A stretch of 64,000 nt of DNA from an uncultured Pseudomonadota bacterium (GCA_963847705.1 CAWKBC010000030.1:64001-128000), one strand, 5' to 3'; shown: positions 13,012-24,242, counted from the stretch's first letter. A program made the numbers and translations. The notes: generated from the sequence alone by a model not told the origin.

Positions 13012-16000
13012 ATGCGCGCAAAGACCTGGGGCCTTGCTGTTGGTTTGCTGGCCACCGTGCTGAGCGGCGGCGTCGCCCGCGCCGCCGTGTGTGCCTGGCA
13101 GGGCGCCTCGGGTGGTTCGTTCAGCCCCGGCGCCAACTGGTCGTGCGGCGGCACGCCGGGCTCGGGGGACGACGTCTACTTCGATCCCACGATGACGGGC
13201 GCGACCAACAACAGCTGCTTCCTCGACGTCGCCGTCAACGTCAAGTCGATCACCTTTCAGAACGGCTACACCGCGACCGTGACCGCAGGCGCGAACACCG
13301 TGACCGTCACGAACGGCTGGAGCATGTCGACCGGGACGTTCTCGGGCGCCAGCGGCAACATCACGATCGGCGGCAACCTGTCGCTGACGGGCGGCGCCTT
13401 CACCGCCAGCGTCAACACCACTCAGCTCGGCGGGGCTTTCAACAAAGCGGGGGGGGCCTTCAACGCCAACGGCGGCACCATCTTCTTCAGTGGCAGCTCG
13501 GCCCTCTCCCACACCTTCGGCGGGTCGACGCTGGCCAACGTCCAGCTGGGGTTCGGCACCAGCGGCCTGGTCGGGTACTGGAAGCTCGACGAGACGTCGG
13601 GGACCACCGCCGTCGACAGCTCGGGCAGCGGCAACGACGGGACCTGGAGCGCCAGCGGCGTTTCACGGACGGCGTCGGTCCCCGGGACGATCAGCTTCGG
13701 CGATCCCGAGGCGCTCACCCTCGATGGCTCATCCGGCTATGTCACCCTCGGCGTGACCAACCTGCCGGCCAACAACGCCCCGCAGAGCATCAGCCTCTGG
13801 TTTCAGGGGACGCCCAACGCCAACAACCAGAACATGCTGGCGATGAGCAACGTCGGCGCCGGCAGCGCGGTGCAGCTCGGCTTTCGGGGGAGCAGCCTCA
13901 TCGCCTGGAACTACGGGGGTGGCACGCTGGTGAGCACGGCAGCCCCCACCGACAGCGCCTGGCACCAGGTCATCTACACCTACGATGGGGCGACCGACCG
14001 CCTCTATCTCGACGGCGCGCTGGCCGCGACCTCGACCACCGGCACGCACCAGAGCGGGAACCCCACCTCCGCCTACCTCGGGACTTATAGCCCGTCGATG
14101 GAGATGTTCGGGGGCTCGCTCGACGACGTGCGCGTTTACAGCCGGGCGCTCAGCACGGCCGAGGTCACCATCCTGGCCGCGGGGTCGTCTCCGTCGTCGG
14201 TGGCTGCCACCAACACCTTCAACGACGCGTTCGCCTGCACCGGGAGCTTCAACATTCTGGCCGGTGCGGTGACCGGGACGAGCACGCTCACCGTGGGCGG
14301 CAACTGGTTCAACGCGGGCACGTACAGCGGCACCGGCGGGGTGACGCTGAACGGGACCTCGGCTGGCGGAACGCTCACCTCGGGAGGGGCAAGCTTCGGC
14401 GCGCTGACCATCAACGGCAGCGGCGGGATCTACAGCTTGAAGGACCCGCTCTCCGTCACCGGCAACCTCACGATCGCCAGCGGGGCAGGGCTCACCGGCG
14501 CGCAGGCGATCACCGTCGGCGGGAGCTGGTCCAATGCCGGTGCGTTCAGCGACGTCGGGGTCGTCACGCTGACCAGCGCGTCGCCGGCAGCGACGATCAG
14601 CTCGGGGGGCGGTCGCTTCAGCGCGCTGACGATCAACGGCACCGGGACCTACACCCTCCTGGATCGCCTCTGGGTGCCGGGCGGCACGATCACGCTCACC
14701 AACGGGACGCTCAACGGCGGCTCGGCGGTGATCCACGTGGGCGCCTTCTCGATGGGGGCCGGGAGCTTCGCCGTCGGATCCAGCACCGTCGTGTTCGACG
14801 GGCTCGCCTCCCAGTCGCTGCCGTTCTCCAACTTCGCGGGCCTGCGGCTCGAGGCGCCCGCGGAGAACAATCTGGTCGGCTACTGGAAGCTCGACGAAGG
14901 GCAGGGGACGACGCTGCAGGATGTCTCCGGCAACGGGAACACGGGCGCGGCCTCCTCTGCCGGTGTCGCCTGGGGGACGGTCCCGGCGTCGATCCCCTCC
15001 CCGATCGGCTTCGACGACTACGCGTCGCTGACGTTCGACGGCAGCAGCGGCTACGCCCAGCTGGGCGCCAACAACATCCCGGGGACCAGCGCGGCGGTGA
15101 CGATCAGCGCCTGGGTCTACTTCACGAGCGTCGGGGGAAACCAGAACATGGTCGTCCTGGCGGGCGCAGGAAACTACCTCCAGTTCGGCCTTCGCAACGG
15201 TGCCTTCACCGCCTGGCCTTCCGGCGCCGGCACCATGGTGACCGGGCCGGCCGCGGTCACGGGGGGCTGGCACCATGCGGCTTATACCTACGACGGTTCA
15301 TCGGTCGACACGATCTACGTCGACGGCGTCCCGTACACTGGCTCGTTCACCCACCAGGGCGGGGCGACCACCGCCGTCTATCTGGGGACCTTCTCTCCCC
15401 CGCAAGAGCTTCTCTCCGGTGCGCTCGACGACGTGCGCATCTACAACGTGGCGCTGACGGCCAGCCAGGTCGCCCAGCTGGCGGCCGGGCGCTACGCGGG
15501 CACGGGCGGCTACCCCACCACCACGCTCAGCGCCAACACCACCGTCTCCGGCCTGCTGGCGCTCGACGCGGGCGTGCTCAGTGCCAACGGGCGGACCATG
15601 ACGGCCAGCTCGGCCACCGCGGCCGCTCGAGTGAGCTCCGGGACCTACACCGTCGGCGCCGCGGCGCAGAGCTTCGCGGGCGGGCTGACCGTCCAGCCGG
15701 GCGGCGTGCTCACGCTGGCCTCCAGCGGCGGGAGCGTTCAGATCGGCTCGGGCAAGACGCTGACGGTCGACGGGACGCTCAACGCCTCCAACAGCGGCGC
15801 GACGATCGAGGGGATCTCCGGCGCGGGGTACACGTTCCAGGTCGGATCGACCTCGAGCGTGACGCCGGTGCTGAACATCAGCGGCCTGGCGATCCAGAAC
15901 ACCAGTGGCGGCATGCAGATCGGCGCCAGCACCAGCGCGACCACGACCTTCACCAGGTTCGACAACATCGCCTTCAGCGGCGGCACGGGGGCGCAATACC

Positions 16001-17471
16001 TTCTGATCAACGCCAAGTCGCTGTTTCTCTCTTCGAGCGGCTGCAGCTTCGACAGCGGCAGCGCCACCGGCACCACGACCACGGCGGTGACGGCCGTGGG
16101 GGACGGCACCGGCGACGGCGAGACGCGCGCCATCTTCGGCGGCACCAGCTGCGCCACCAACTGGGCGCTGAGCGCGAGCGACAGCGTCTGTGGCGCAGCC
16201 GCCAAGTCGGACGACGACAGCGACGGGAACGGAATCGCCGACAGCGGAACCGCCAGCACCAACGGCGCGATCGTTCAGTTCACGCGTGCCGCGGAGGACG
16301 ACACCGCCGGATCGGTGGTCGGCTTCCCGACCGCCGCCTTCGACTGGAGCACGTTCACCTACTATTCAACCTACGTGGCGCTTCACAACGCCGCCTCGGG
16401 GAGCAACGACGTCATCTACGTCCGCGACGAGCTGGGCAATCCGCTCTATTCCTGGACCGTCCCGGCGGCGGGCGAAGCGATCACCGGAACGCCCCAGTGG
16501 ACCACGATCGGCTCCACACACTACCTGTTCGTGGCCACCAGCGCGGGGCACGTCTACAAGCTGATCGACACGGCGACCGGCACCACCTCCGGGACGCTCT
16601 CCCTCGACGGCACCAGCTGGGCGACCAATCCGTACGACTGCGCCTGCACGATCAGCACGCCCCTGGCCCAGGACGCCAGCAACCTCTATTTCGGCAGCAC
16701 CACCAGCAACCGGAGCTTCTTCACCGTCGGGCAGGCCAGCGAGTCCATCCCCTCGGGCTCGCCCATCACCATCGGCCAGGCGGTGACCAACAACGCCCCC
16801 AGCATCGCGACGATCGGCTCGACCGCCTACGCCTTCCTGGGGCTGGCGGGCGCCGTCATCAAGATCAGCGCGCTCTCCCAGACGACGACCTTCATCAACA
16901 GCTCGCCCGGTGTGCAGTCGATCTTCGGGCGGATCGTGCTCGGGACCAACGGCAGCACCACCCGCGTCTACGCCGGCGACGACGGCGGGACGATGTGGGC
17001 CCTCGACGCTGCCGGCAACTTCACCACCAGCGGCGGCCTCTGGAAGTACGCCATCGCCGGCGACCAGATCAAGAGCTCGCCGTACTACGATCAGGGGACC
17101 GACACCATCCAGTACGGGACGCAGAACGGGGCCATCAACGTCCTCGGGGGCAGTGGCGCCGTGCTGAACGCCGGCTATCCGTACACACCCTCGGCCGGTG
17201 ACGCGATCACGGCTGCGCCGCTCTACTACAACGGCGTCCTGGTGGTCGGCTCGACGGGGGGAAGCTCTACTTCCTCGACCGCAACACCGGGACCACCGCT
17301 GCCGTCTCGATCATGCGCGAGTACAACTTCGGCGCATCGGAGTCCGTCTCCGGCGTCGGGTTCGACCCGACCGCGAACCGCTACATGGTCACCACCGCCA
17401 ACTCGGCCAGCAACGACGGGCGCCTCTACTATTTCGATCTCCTCACCGACCCGACACCGGGCTCCCTTTGA
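13012..17471 (+). CDS. Large secreted protein with Gly/Thr beta-helix-like repeats, two LamG-like domains and a C-terminal beta-propeller-like region; frameshift in G-run at ~17256-17261
   Basis: Signal peptide and two 'LVGYWKLDE...DxSGxGN...WH...TYDG...LDDVR(V/I)Y' modules. Adding one G restores 'GSTGGKLYFLDRN...DPTPGSL*', ending at 17471 just before the next ATG. Confidence 0.8.
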
Positions 17472-17473
17472 CC

Positions 17474-20044
17474 ATGCGCCACAGCCTCCACGGATTCTGC
17501 CGCTTCGTCCCCGCCGCGCTGGCCGGGGCGATGGCGATCGCCGCGCCGACCGCCGCCCGCGCCGACGACTGGGCGACGCCTGGCCTCGACGCCGCGCGCA
17601 GCCGGCTGTCGGCCGAGCGCTCGGGGGCCGGATTCACCGACGGGCACTGGTCGTTCACGCCGCGGACGGCGGCGCGCGCGCTGGCGAGCCCGGTGGTGGC
17701 CGAAGGGTTCGCCGTCAGCGCCGACCTCGACGGGACGGTGAACGTGGTGCAGGCCGACAGCGGCAAGCTGGTCTGGGCCGCGTCGGCCGGGGCGCCCGTA
17801 CAGGGAACGCCGGCCATCGCGCACGGACGGCTGTTCGTGCCGACGCTCGGCAACAAGGTGGTGGCCTTCGGTCTCGCGGACGGGGCGCTGCTCTGGAGCA
17901 CGAACGTCGGGGGGATGACCATGTCGTCGCCGGCGCCGGTGGGGAGCGACATCGTCTTCGCGGCCGGATTCCCGCAGCACCGCGTGCTTCGCCTGGACGG
18001 TGCGACGGGGGCGCTGCTCTGGCAGAGCCCCGCTGTCATCGATCAGCCGGCGAACAGCTCGCCCGCGGTGTCGGCGGGGCTGGTGGTGGTGGGGAGCAAT
18101 GGCGGGCACTACTACGCGTTCGACGCGGCCACCGGTGCCGCCCGCTGGGACTACCAGGCCGACGGCGTGGTGCACCTGGCCTCACCGCTGATCGCGGGCG
18201 GACGCGTCTACATGGCGGGGGGGGACGACAGCGATCGGGTGCACGCCGTGGATGTGGCGACGGGGACCGCCGTCCCGGGCTGGCCGGTGAGCCTCCCTGC
18301 CCCGGATCCGGATGTGGCCGGGACTCGGCTCGATCGGCACCGGGCCGTGTCGTCCTTCGCCGCGGCGGGGGGGAACGTGGTGCTCGAGACCCGGCTCGAC
18401 GACATGATCGACAGCGACGGTGACGGGGCGCCGGATCAATACCTGTCGCGCGAGATGGTGGTGGCGCTGGGGGCGGGCACCGGCAACGTCGTGTGGCAAA
18501 GATCGCTCGGCCGGGTGCTGTTCACCGATCCGAACGACGTTCCGAAGTTCTTCGTCTGCCCGACGCCGGCGGCGTTCGGAAGCGACAGCGGGACGCCGTT
18601 CTTGGCGGTGGCCTCCTCCCTGGCCGCCCGGGTGAGCATCCTCGACGCGTCGACGGGTGCTGACGACGGCGACCTGACGGTGGCGGGACGCGCGCTGGCG
18701 TCGCCGGTGATGGCGAACGGGCGGGTCGTCACCGCGGCGGAGAACGGTACGGTCGAAGCGCAGCTGTCGAGCGTGAACCACCCGCCCACGGCGCCGGTGC
18801 TGGCGGCGAACCCGCGCCCGCTCGACGCGGCGGACGTGAGCCTGCACTGGTCGGCGGCGATGGATCTCGACGGCGAGCAGCCGACATACGAGCTGCGGAT
18901 CGATTCCGACGGGGAGGTGCTGGAGAGCTACGCGCAGCAGATCTTCCCGGGGCAAGGGGTGACGTCACTGGTCGTGACGGCGCCGCTCGCGCCAGGCGTG
19001 ACCTACACCTTCGCAGTGCGGGCGCGGGATCCGCACGGGGCCCTCTCCCCCTGGTCGGCGCCGGAGACGTTCACCGTGGTGACGGCCGGGACCGTCACGG
19101 TCAACGGGACGCCGGCCGCAAATCTGCGGAGCGCGGTGGCTGCGGCGCAGGCCGGAGATCTGATCGCGCTCGGCGCCGGGACCTATCCCGTGTCGGACAC
19201 CTTGCAGGTGGCGGGGGGGGTCAGCGTGCGCGGCGCGGGCGCCGGCCGGACCACCATCGACGCCACGGGGCTGGCGGTCGGGGTGCGCTTTGCTGGAACG
19301 GATCCGAAATCGCCCACGGTGCTGGACCGGGTGACGGTGACGGGCGCCGCCACCTGTGTCGCGGTGGACAGCGGCGCGACCGGCCTCCAGCTGACGCACC
19401 TCGTGGTGCGCGATTGCGCGACCGCGGGAATCGCGGTGGCGGCCGGTGGCGGCGCCGAGATCGCCAACGCCACGGTGGCGACGAACGGGCTGGGGGTCGA
19501 CGCGACGGGGATCGCGACGATCAAGAACAGCCTGGTGACCGGCAATGACGTCGGCTTGAAGAGCGAGGGGACGGGCGATCTGGTCAGCAGCTACGACGAT
19601 CTGTTCGGCAACACCACCGCGTACGAAGGCCTGGTGGCCGGAACCGGCGACCTGGCAGCGGCGGTGACGTTCCTCGATCTGGCGGGGCACAACCTGATGC
19701 TCTCGGGACCGCAGCCGTCGACCGACCAGGGAGACCCGACGGACGCGGTGGGCGAGGAGCCGACGCCCAACGGCGGGCGCATCAACCTGGGCGCGTTCGG
19801 CGGAACGGCCGACGCCGAGTTGAGCAGACCGGCCGCCGTCGACGGCGATGCGGGCACCTCGACGCCGACCCCCTCGACCCCGGCGGGGCTCCCTCCGGGG
19901 GAGACCCCACCGCACCAGATTGGCGAGGCCGCGGATGGCTGTGCGCTCGGCGGCCCTGCCCGCGACGCTGCGGCCGAGACTTCCTTGATCTTGGTCCTGG
20001 CGGCGCTGGCGATCGCGCGCCGACGGACCGGCGCGCGATCGTAG
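17474..20044 (+). CDS. PQQ-like beta-propeller + FN3 + right-handed beta-helix surface protein with MYXO-CTERM-like tail
   Basis: Signal peptide 'ARA-DDW'; BamB/PQQ repeats ('SSPAV...AFDAATGAARW'); FN3 'TYTFAVRARD'; C-terminal 'GCALGG...LILVLAALAIARRR'. Confidence 0.8.
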   Translation: MRHSLHGFCRFVPAALAGAMAIAAPTAARADDWATPGLDAARSRLSAERSGAGFTDGHWSFTPRTAARALASPVVAEGFAVSADLDGTVNVVQADSGKLVWAASAGAPVQGTPAIAHGRLFVPTLGNKVVAFGLADGALLWSTNVGGMTMSSPAPVGSDIVFAAGFPQHRVLRLDGATGALLWQSPAVIDQPANSSPAVSAGLVVVGSNGGHYYAFDAATGAARWDYQADGVVHLASPLIAGGRVYMAGGDDSDRVHAVDVATGTAVPGWPVSLPAPDPDVAGTRLDRHRAVSSFAAAGGNVVLETRLDDMIDSDGDGAPDQYLSREMVVALGAGTGNVVWQRSLGRVLFTDPNDVPKFFVCPTPAAFGSDSGTPFLAVASSLAARVSILDASTGADDGDLTVAGRALASPVMANGRVVTAAENGTVEAQLSSVNHPPTAPVLAANPRPLDAADVSLHWSAAMDLDGEQPTYELRIDSDGEVLESYAQQIFPGQGVTSLVVTAPLAPGVTYTFAVRARDPHGALSPWSAPETFTVVTAGTVTVNGTPAANLRSAVAAAQAGDLIALGAGTYPVSDTLQVAGGVSVRGAGAGRTTIDATGLAVGVRFAGTDPKSPTVLDRVTVTGAATCVAVDSGATGLQLTHLVVRDCATAGIAVAAGGGAEIANATVATNGLGVDATGIATIKNSLVTGNDVGLKSEGTGDLVSSYDDLFGNTTAYEGLVAGTGDLAAAVTFLDLAGHNLMLSGPQPSTDQGDPTDAVGEEPTPNGGRINLGAFGGTADAELSRPAAVDGDAGTSTPTPSTPAGLPPGETPPHQIGEAADGCALGGPARDAAAETSLILVLAALAIARRRTGARS

Positions 20045-20110
20045 CAGGGCGCCCGAGGTTCGCGGCGTGTTACCTTTCGTCGAGGGGCGGCGAAGCTTGC
20101 CGTTGCGCGA

Positions 20111-22006
20111 ATGAGCGCTGGACGAACAACGGCCGAGTTGGAAGAGCGAAGCGAACCCCCCGAAGAGGCTCAGCGGCGTTCGCGGTTTCTGATCTCGGCC
20201 AGCGCCACGCTCTCCGAGTCGCTCGACTACGAACGGACGCTGCAGCGGGTGGCCGAGCTCTCCGTTCCCGACATCGCCGATTGGTGCACGGTCACCATCG
20301 TCGACGAGGTGGGTGAGGCCCGCCGGCTGGCGGTGGTGCACGCCGATCCCGCCAAGCGGGAGCTGGCCGCCGAGTACAAGATGAAGTTCCCCCCCACCGA
20401 GCACCGCAGCGGCCAGCTGGCCGGCGTGCTCAAGGGGGGAGCCGCCGCGCTCAGCGTGCGCGTCACCGACGAGGATCTCGTGCGCGCCGCCCAGACCGGG
20501 GATCACCTGCGCATCATGCGCGGGCTCGGGTGCGCGTCGTGCGTGATGGTTCCCATGGTGGTGCGGGGCGAGATCCTGGGCGTGATCTCGCTGATGCGCG
20601 GCGAAGGGCGCCTCCCCTACGGCAAGGGCGACGTCGAGACGGCCGGGGAGCTGGCCCACCGCGCGGCGCTGGCCATCGACAACGCGCGGCTTTACCGGGA
20701 AGCGCGGCGGCGCGAGGGGACGATGCGGTTCTTCGCCGAGGCGAGCACGCTCCTCTCGAGCTCCCTCGACCACGTCTCGATCTGCGAACGGCTGGCGCAT
20801 CTGGTGGTGCCGTCGTTCGCCGACTGGTGCGGCGTCGAGCTGGCCGAGGCGGGGGAGCTGCGTTCGATCGCCATCGCCCACGTCGACAGCGCCAAGGTGG
20901 AGACGGCCCGGCAGATGCGCCTGCGCTATCCCCCCGATGCGGCGGCGGCGCACGGTCCCCACGCGGTGCTCCGGACGGGACGTGCCGAGCTGGTGGCCGA
21001 GGTCACCGAGGCGATGGCGGTGCGCGGCGCGCGCAACGAAGAGCACCTCGAGTTCATCCGCGACCTCGGGCTGCGGTCGGTGCTGATCGTCCCGCTGGTG
21101 GCGGGCGGCCGCCCGATCGGCGTTCTCAACCTGGTCTGGGCGGAGTCAAACCGTCGCTACGGACCGGAGGATCTCGAGACGATGCGCGAGCTCGGCCGCC
21201 GGGCCGGGCTGGCCGTGGAGAACGCGCGGCTCTACAACGAGGCGCGGGCGGCGGTGAAGCTGCGCGATGAGTTTCTCTCGATCGCCAGCCACGAGCTCAA
21301 GACGCCCCTCACCAGCCTGCGGCTGAAGGTGGATGGGATCCTGCGCATCACCGCCAAACCCGAGAAGGCACCTGCCGATCTGGCCAAGCTCGCCTCCCGG
21401 GTTCAGGGGGTCGACAAGCAACTCGGGCGTCTCACCGAGCTGGTCGATGCGCTGCTCGATGTCAGCCGCGCCGCGGCCGGACAGCTGCAGCTCCGCCTGG
21501 AGGATGTCGATCTGGCCGCGGCGGCTCAGGCAGTGGCCGAACGGTTCAAGGACGATCTCGCCTCCGCCGGCTGCTCGCTGTCGGTGGTCGTGACGGGCCC
21601 GGCGGGAACCAAGACCGCGATTCACGGGCGCTGGGATCGCCTGCGCCTCGACGAGGTGCTCACCAATTTTCTCTCCAACGCCATCAAGTACGGCGCCGGG
21701 AAACCGATCCAGATTCGGGTTTCGGCGACCGAGAGCGTGGCCACGCTGGAGATCGAGGATCAGGGGATCGGCATCTCGCCCGACGATCAGCAGCGGCTCT
21801 TCGAGCGCTTCGCGCGCGTCGTCTCGCCGGAGCACTACGGCGGTTTCGGCCTCGGTCTCTGGATCGTCAAGCTGCTGGTCGAGGCGATGGGGGGGAAGGT
21901 CGCCGTCCGCAGCGCCGTCGGCACGGGCTCTGTCTTCAGTGCGGAGCTGCCGCGCCGGGCGCCAGCGAACGGGCAAGCCAAGCGCAAAGGACACCCCGGC
22001 GCGTGA
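20111..22006 (+). CDS. GAF-GAF sensor histidine kinase
   Basis: Two GAF modules ('ADWC...AIDNARLY'), H-box 'ASHELKTPL', N-box 'NAIKY', 'DQGIG', 'GFGLGL'. Confidence 0.92.
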   Translation: MSAGRTTAELEERSEPPEEAQRRSRFLISASATLSESLDYERTLQRVAELSVPDIADWCTVTIVDEVGEARRLAVVHADPAKRELAAEYKMKFPPTEHRSGQLAGVLKGGAAALSVRVTDEDLVRAAQTGDHLRIMRGLGCASCVMVPMVVRGEILGVISLMRGEGRLPYGKGDVETAGELAHRAALAIDNARLYREARRREGTMRFFAEASTLLSSSLDHVSICERLAHLVVPSFADWCGVELAEAGELRSIAIAHVDSAKVETARQMRLRYPPDAAAAHGPHAVLRTGRAELVAEVTEAMAVRGARNEEHLEFIRDLGLRSVLIVPLVAGGRPIGVLNLVWAESNRRYGPEDLETMRELGRRAGLAVENARLYNEARAAVKLRDEFLSIASHELKTPLTSLRLKVDGILRITAKPEKAPADLAKLASRVQGVDKQLGRLTELVDALLDVSRAAAGQLQLRLEDVDLAAAAQAVAERFKDDLASAGCSLSVVVTGPAGTKTAIHGRWDRLRLDEVLTNFLSNAIKYGAGKPIQIRVSATESVATLEIEDQGIGISPDDQQRLFERFARVVSPEHYGGFGLGLWIVKLLVEAMGGKVAVRSAVGTGSVFSAELPRRAPANGQAKRKGHPGA

Positions 22007-22389
22007 CCGCGCTCAGCCCCGACTGCCAGCGGCTGGTCCTGGTCGTCGACGACGACGAGTCGATTCGCGAATCGCTGGCCGATCTGCTGGGCGACGAGGG
22101 GTACCGGGTGCAGACCGCCAACAACGGTGCCGAAGCGTTGAGCCTGCTGCGCCCGCCCGCTCAGCTCCGACCCTGCGTGATCCTGCTCGACCTGATGATG
22201 CCGGTCATGAACGGCCAGGAGTTCTACGTCCAGCAGCAGCGCGACCCAGCCCTCGCCACGATCCCCGTCGTCGTCATCTCCGCCGACAAGAACCTGGCGA
22301 TGAAGGCCTCTGGCATCAACGGCGAGTTTCTCCCCAAGCCGGTTCGCCTGGACACCGTGCTCGGCGTCCTCGGCCGTCACTGTCCCTGA
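22003..22389 (+). CDS. Single-domain response regulator
   Basis: 'VLVVDDD', 'LLDLMMPVMNG', 'ISA', 'KP'; GTGA overlap with the kinase stop. Confidence 0.92.
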   Translation: MTALSPDCQRLVLVVDDDESIRESLADLLGDEGYRVQTANNGAEALSLLRPPAQLRPCVILLDLMMPVMNGQEFYVQQQRDPALATIPVVVISADKNLAMKASGINGEFLPKPVRLDTVLGVLGRHCP

Positions 22390-22408
22390 CCGCGCCCGCC
22401 GCCGTTCG

Positions 22409-22451
22409 AAAAAGTGGCCGGCCGCGCCCCCAGAAAAGAGCGCGGCCGGCC
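22409..22451 (-). terminator. Intrinsic terminator (probably bidirectional)
   Basis: Perfect 12-bp stem GGCCGGCCGCGC/GCGCGGCCGGCC with an A5 tract giving a U-tract on the minus strand. Confidence 0.65.
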
Positions 22452-22468
22452 GGTCGGGTCAGGCTAAG

Positions 22469-23008
22469 TTAAGGGCAGGCAAGGCCGGCGGTGCAGGTCC
22501 ACTTGCCCCCGCCGCCGCCATGGGGGGCGCAGAGACAGTGCATCCGCGTTTCGGCGGTGCAGGTGGCCTGGGGAGGGAAACGGTCAGGCAAGAGCTCCGG
22601 GTCATTCGTCTCCCTCTCATGAAGTGGTCAATCCTTGGTGCCGGCCGGCGGCCGGGCGGTTGAAGCGCCAGAACTGCCCGAGCGAGATGGGCGGCTCGCA
22701 GAATCCGCCGATGCAGAAGGTGGAGCAGCAGTCGGTGTCCGTGGTGCAGGCGCCGCTGACCGGCTGGCAGCTGCTGGCAGGGGGGCGCAGCTTCCAGTCG
22801 CGCAGCTGTTGCTGCAGCAGGCCGCGTTGCCGGTACAGGCCGCTCCGTTGGCGGTGCAGGGGGTCTTGCAGACATGGCCGGCGGGGTCGCAGGCGCCGCG
22901 GCAGCACTGCGCGTCCGCGGTGCAAGCGGCCCCTTCGGCGAAGCTTTTCGTGCATGGCGCTATCGTGCCGACGCGCGCCCGCACGGTTGAAATCGTCGGC
23001 GCCTTCAT
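22469..23008 (-). pseudogene. Fragmented Cys-rich gene(s) with three C-C-CC-C-C modules
   Basis: Modules lie in two frames joined at a G6 run (~22780). A separate Cys-rich tail 'TCTAETRMHCLC...KWTCTAGLACP*' ends at 22469. No signal peptide is visible. Confidence 0.45.
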
Positions 23009-23041
23009 CCGCGCGGCGCCTTCGCGCTACTCTGAAGGCGC

Positions 23042-24169
23042 GTGGCCGCGTTTCATTCCATGGCGATGGTGATGGCGACCGCTCTGCTCGGTGCCGCGGC
23101 GCCCCCCACGCCGGCGAGCGATCCGGTCGTGCTGTGGCTCGGCCCCTTCGACGGCAGCGCGCTCGACGGGGCGGCGCTGCTCGAAGCGGTCTCGGTTTAC
23201 ACCCGCGACCTCAGCCTGGAGACCCGGACCGCCACCGACGTTCCACCGCCCACGCTCGCCGCGCGTGACGCGGGGGTCGACGCGGCGGCGGGGGCGGCAA
23301 TTCGCGCGCACGGAGCCCGCCTCGGGTTCTGGTGCGAGCCGGCGCCGGACGCCCGGACGACGGCGCTCATCATCGTCGACGGTGAGGGGCGGCTCGAGGT
23401 TCGCGTCGTCGACAGCGCGGGGCTCGACGGGCCCGAGCTCCATCGCGCGATCGCGCTCAAGCTCCGCGCGGTGCTGGCGGCGACGATCGGACCGGAGGCG
23501 GCGGCGAGCTCCGGCGAGGCCCCGCGCGCGGCATCGTCGTCGGAAACGCCGGCGGTCATCGTGCCGCCGTCGCCCAGCACCACGGCACCGGCCGCTGCGG
23601 GGGCCCGCGGCGGCGCGGGCGTCGTGGCGCTGGCGGCGACGCCGCCGGAGGCGCGTGGGCCTGGTCGATTCTTCGCCGCGCTCGGCTACCGCCTCTCGAC
23701 CTCGCTCGGCTCCGGGGCGGTTCAGCAAGGCGCCGCCGCCGAGGTGGGCGCGCACCTCGGGCGCGCCGTCGAGCTGGCGCTCGCCGCGGCGCTCGAAACG
23801 CGGGCCCGCGGCGGCGCCAGCGCGGGGACGGTCTCGCTGTTCGATCTCCCGATCGACGTCGAGGCGCGCTGGGTTCGCCGCGGCCCCGGTCGCCTCTCCT
23901 GGGGCGGCGGCGCCTTTGCGACGGTCCATCTCGCCCGGGCCACGGCGACCGCCCCGACGGGCGCCCAACAGACGTCCTTCGACGTGGCGGGCGGTGTCGG
24001 CCTGGCGGCGCTGGTGCGCGGCGCGCTCGGCCGGGGCATCGCGGGCGAAGCGCGCCTTTACACCGAGCTGCCGCTCCCGAGCACGACCTACTGGGTGCAG
24101 GGGACGCCGGTGCTCGATCGCGGTGCCCGCGTCGGCCTCGCGCTGGCGCTGGTTTTTCCGTCCCTGTGA
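23042..24169 (+). CDS. Secreted hypothetical protein with beta-strand-rich C-terminal half
   Basis: Hydrophobic N-terminus, Pro/Ala linker and alternating beta-strand pattern; first gene of the ECF cluster. Confidence 0.6.
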   Translation: MAAFHSMAMVMATALLGAAAPPTPASDPVVLWLGPFDGSALDGAALLEAVSVYTRDLSLETRTATDVPPPTLAARDAGVDAAAGAAIRAHGARLGFWCEPAPDARTTALIIVDGEGRLEVRVVDSAGLDGPELHRAIALKLRAVLAATIGPEAAASSGEAPRAASSSETPAVIVPPSPSTTAPAAAGARGGAGVVALAATPPEARGPGRFFAALGYRLSTSLGSGAVQQGAAAEVGAHLGRAVELALAAALETRARGGASAGTVSLFDLPIDVEARWVRRGPGRLSWGGGAFATVHLARATATAPTGAQQTSFDVAGGVGLAALVRGALGRGIAGEARLYTELPLPSTTYWVQGTPVLDRGARVGLALALVFPSL

Positions 24170-24242
24170 CGCGGTGCGACCGCCGTTGCGACTTCGGGGG
24201 CGACCTTTCAACCAAAACCCGCCCCTGGGGTACGATCCGGGT

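Noticed and set aside
17472-18423. C-terminal part of the 1803-aa ORF
   Set aside because: Arg/Gly-rich out-of-frame read-through caused by the G-run frameshift; it overlaps the real PQQ-like gene.
23091-24242. Long N-terminal extension of the ECF sigma
   Set aside because: Alternative frame of the 23042..24169 gene with Arg/Ser-rich nonsense composition.
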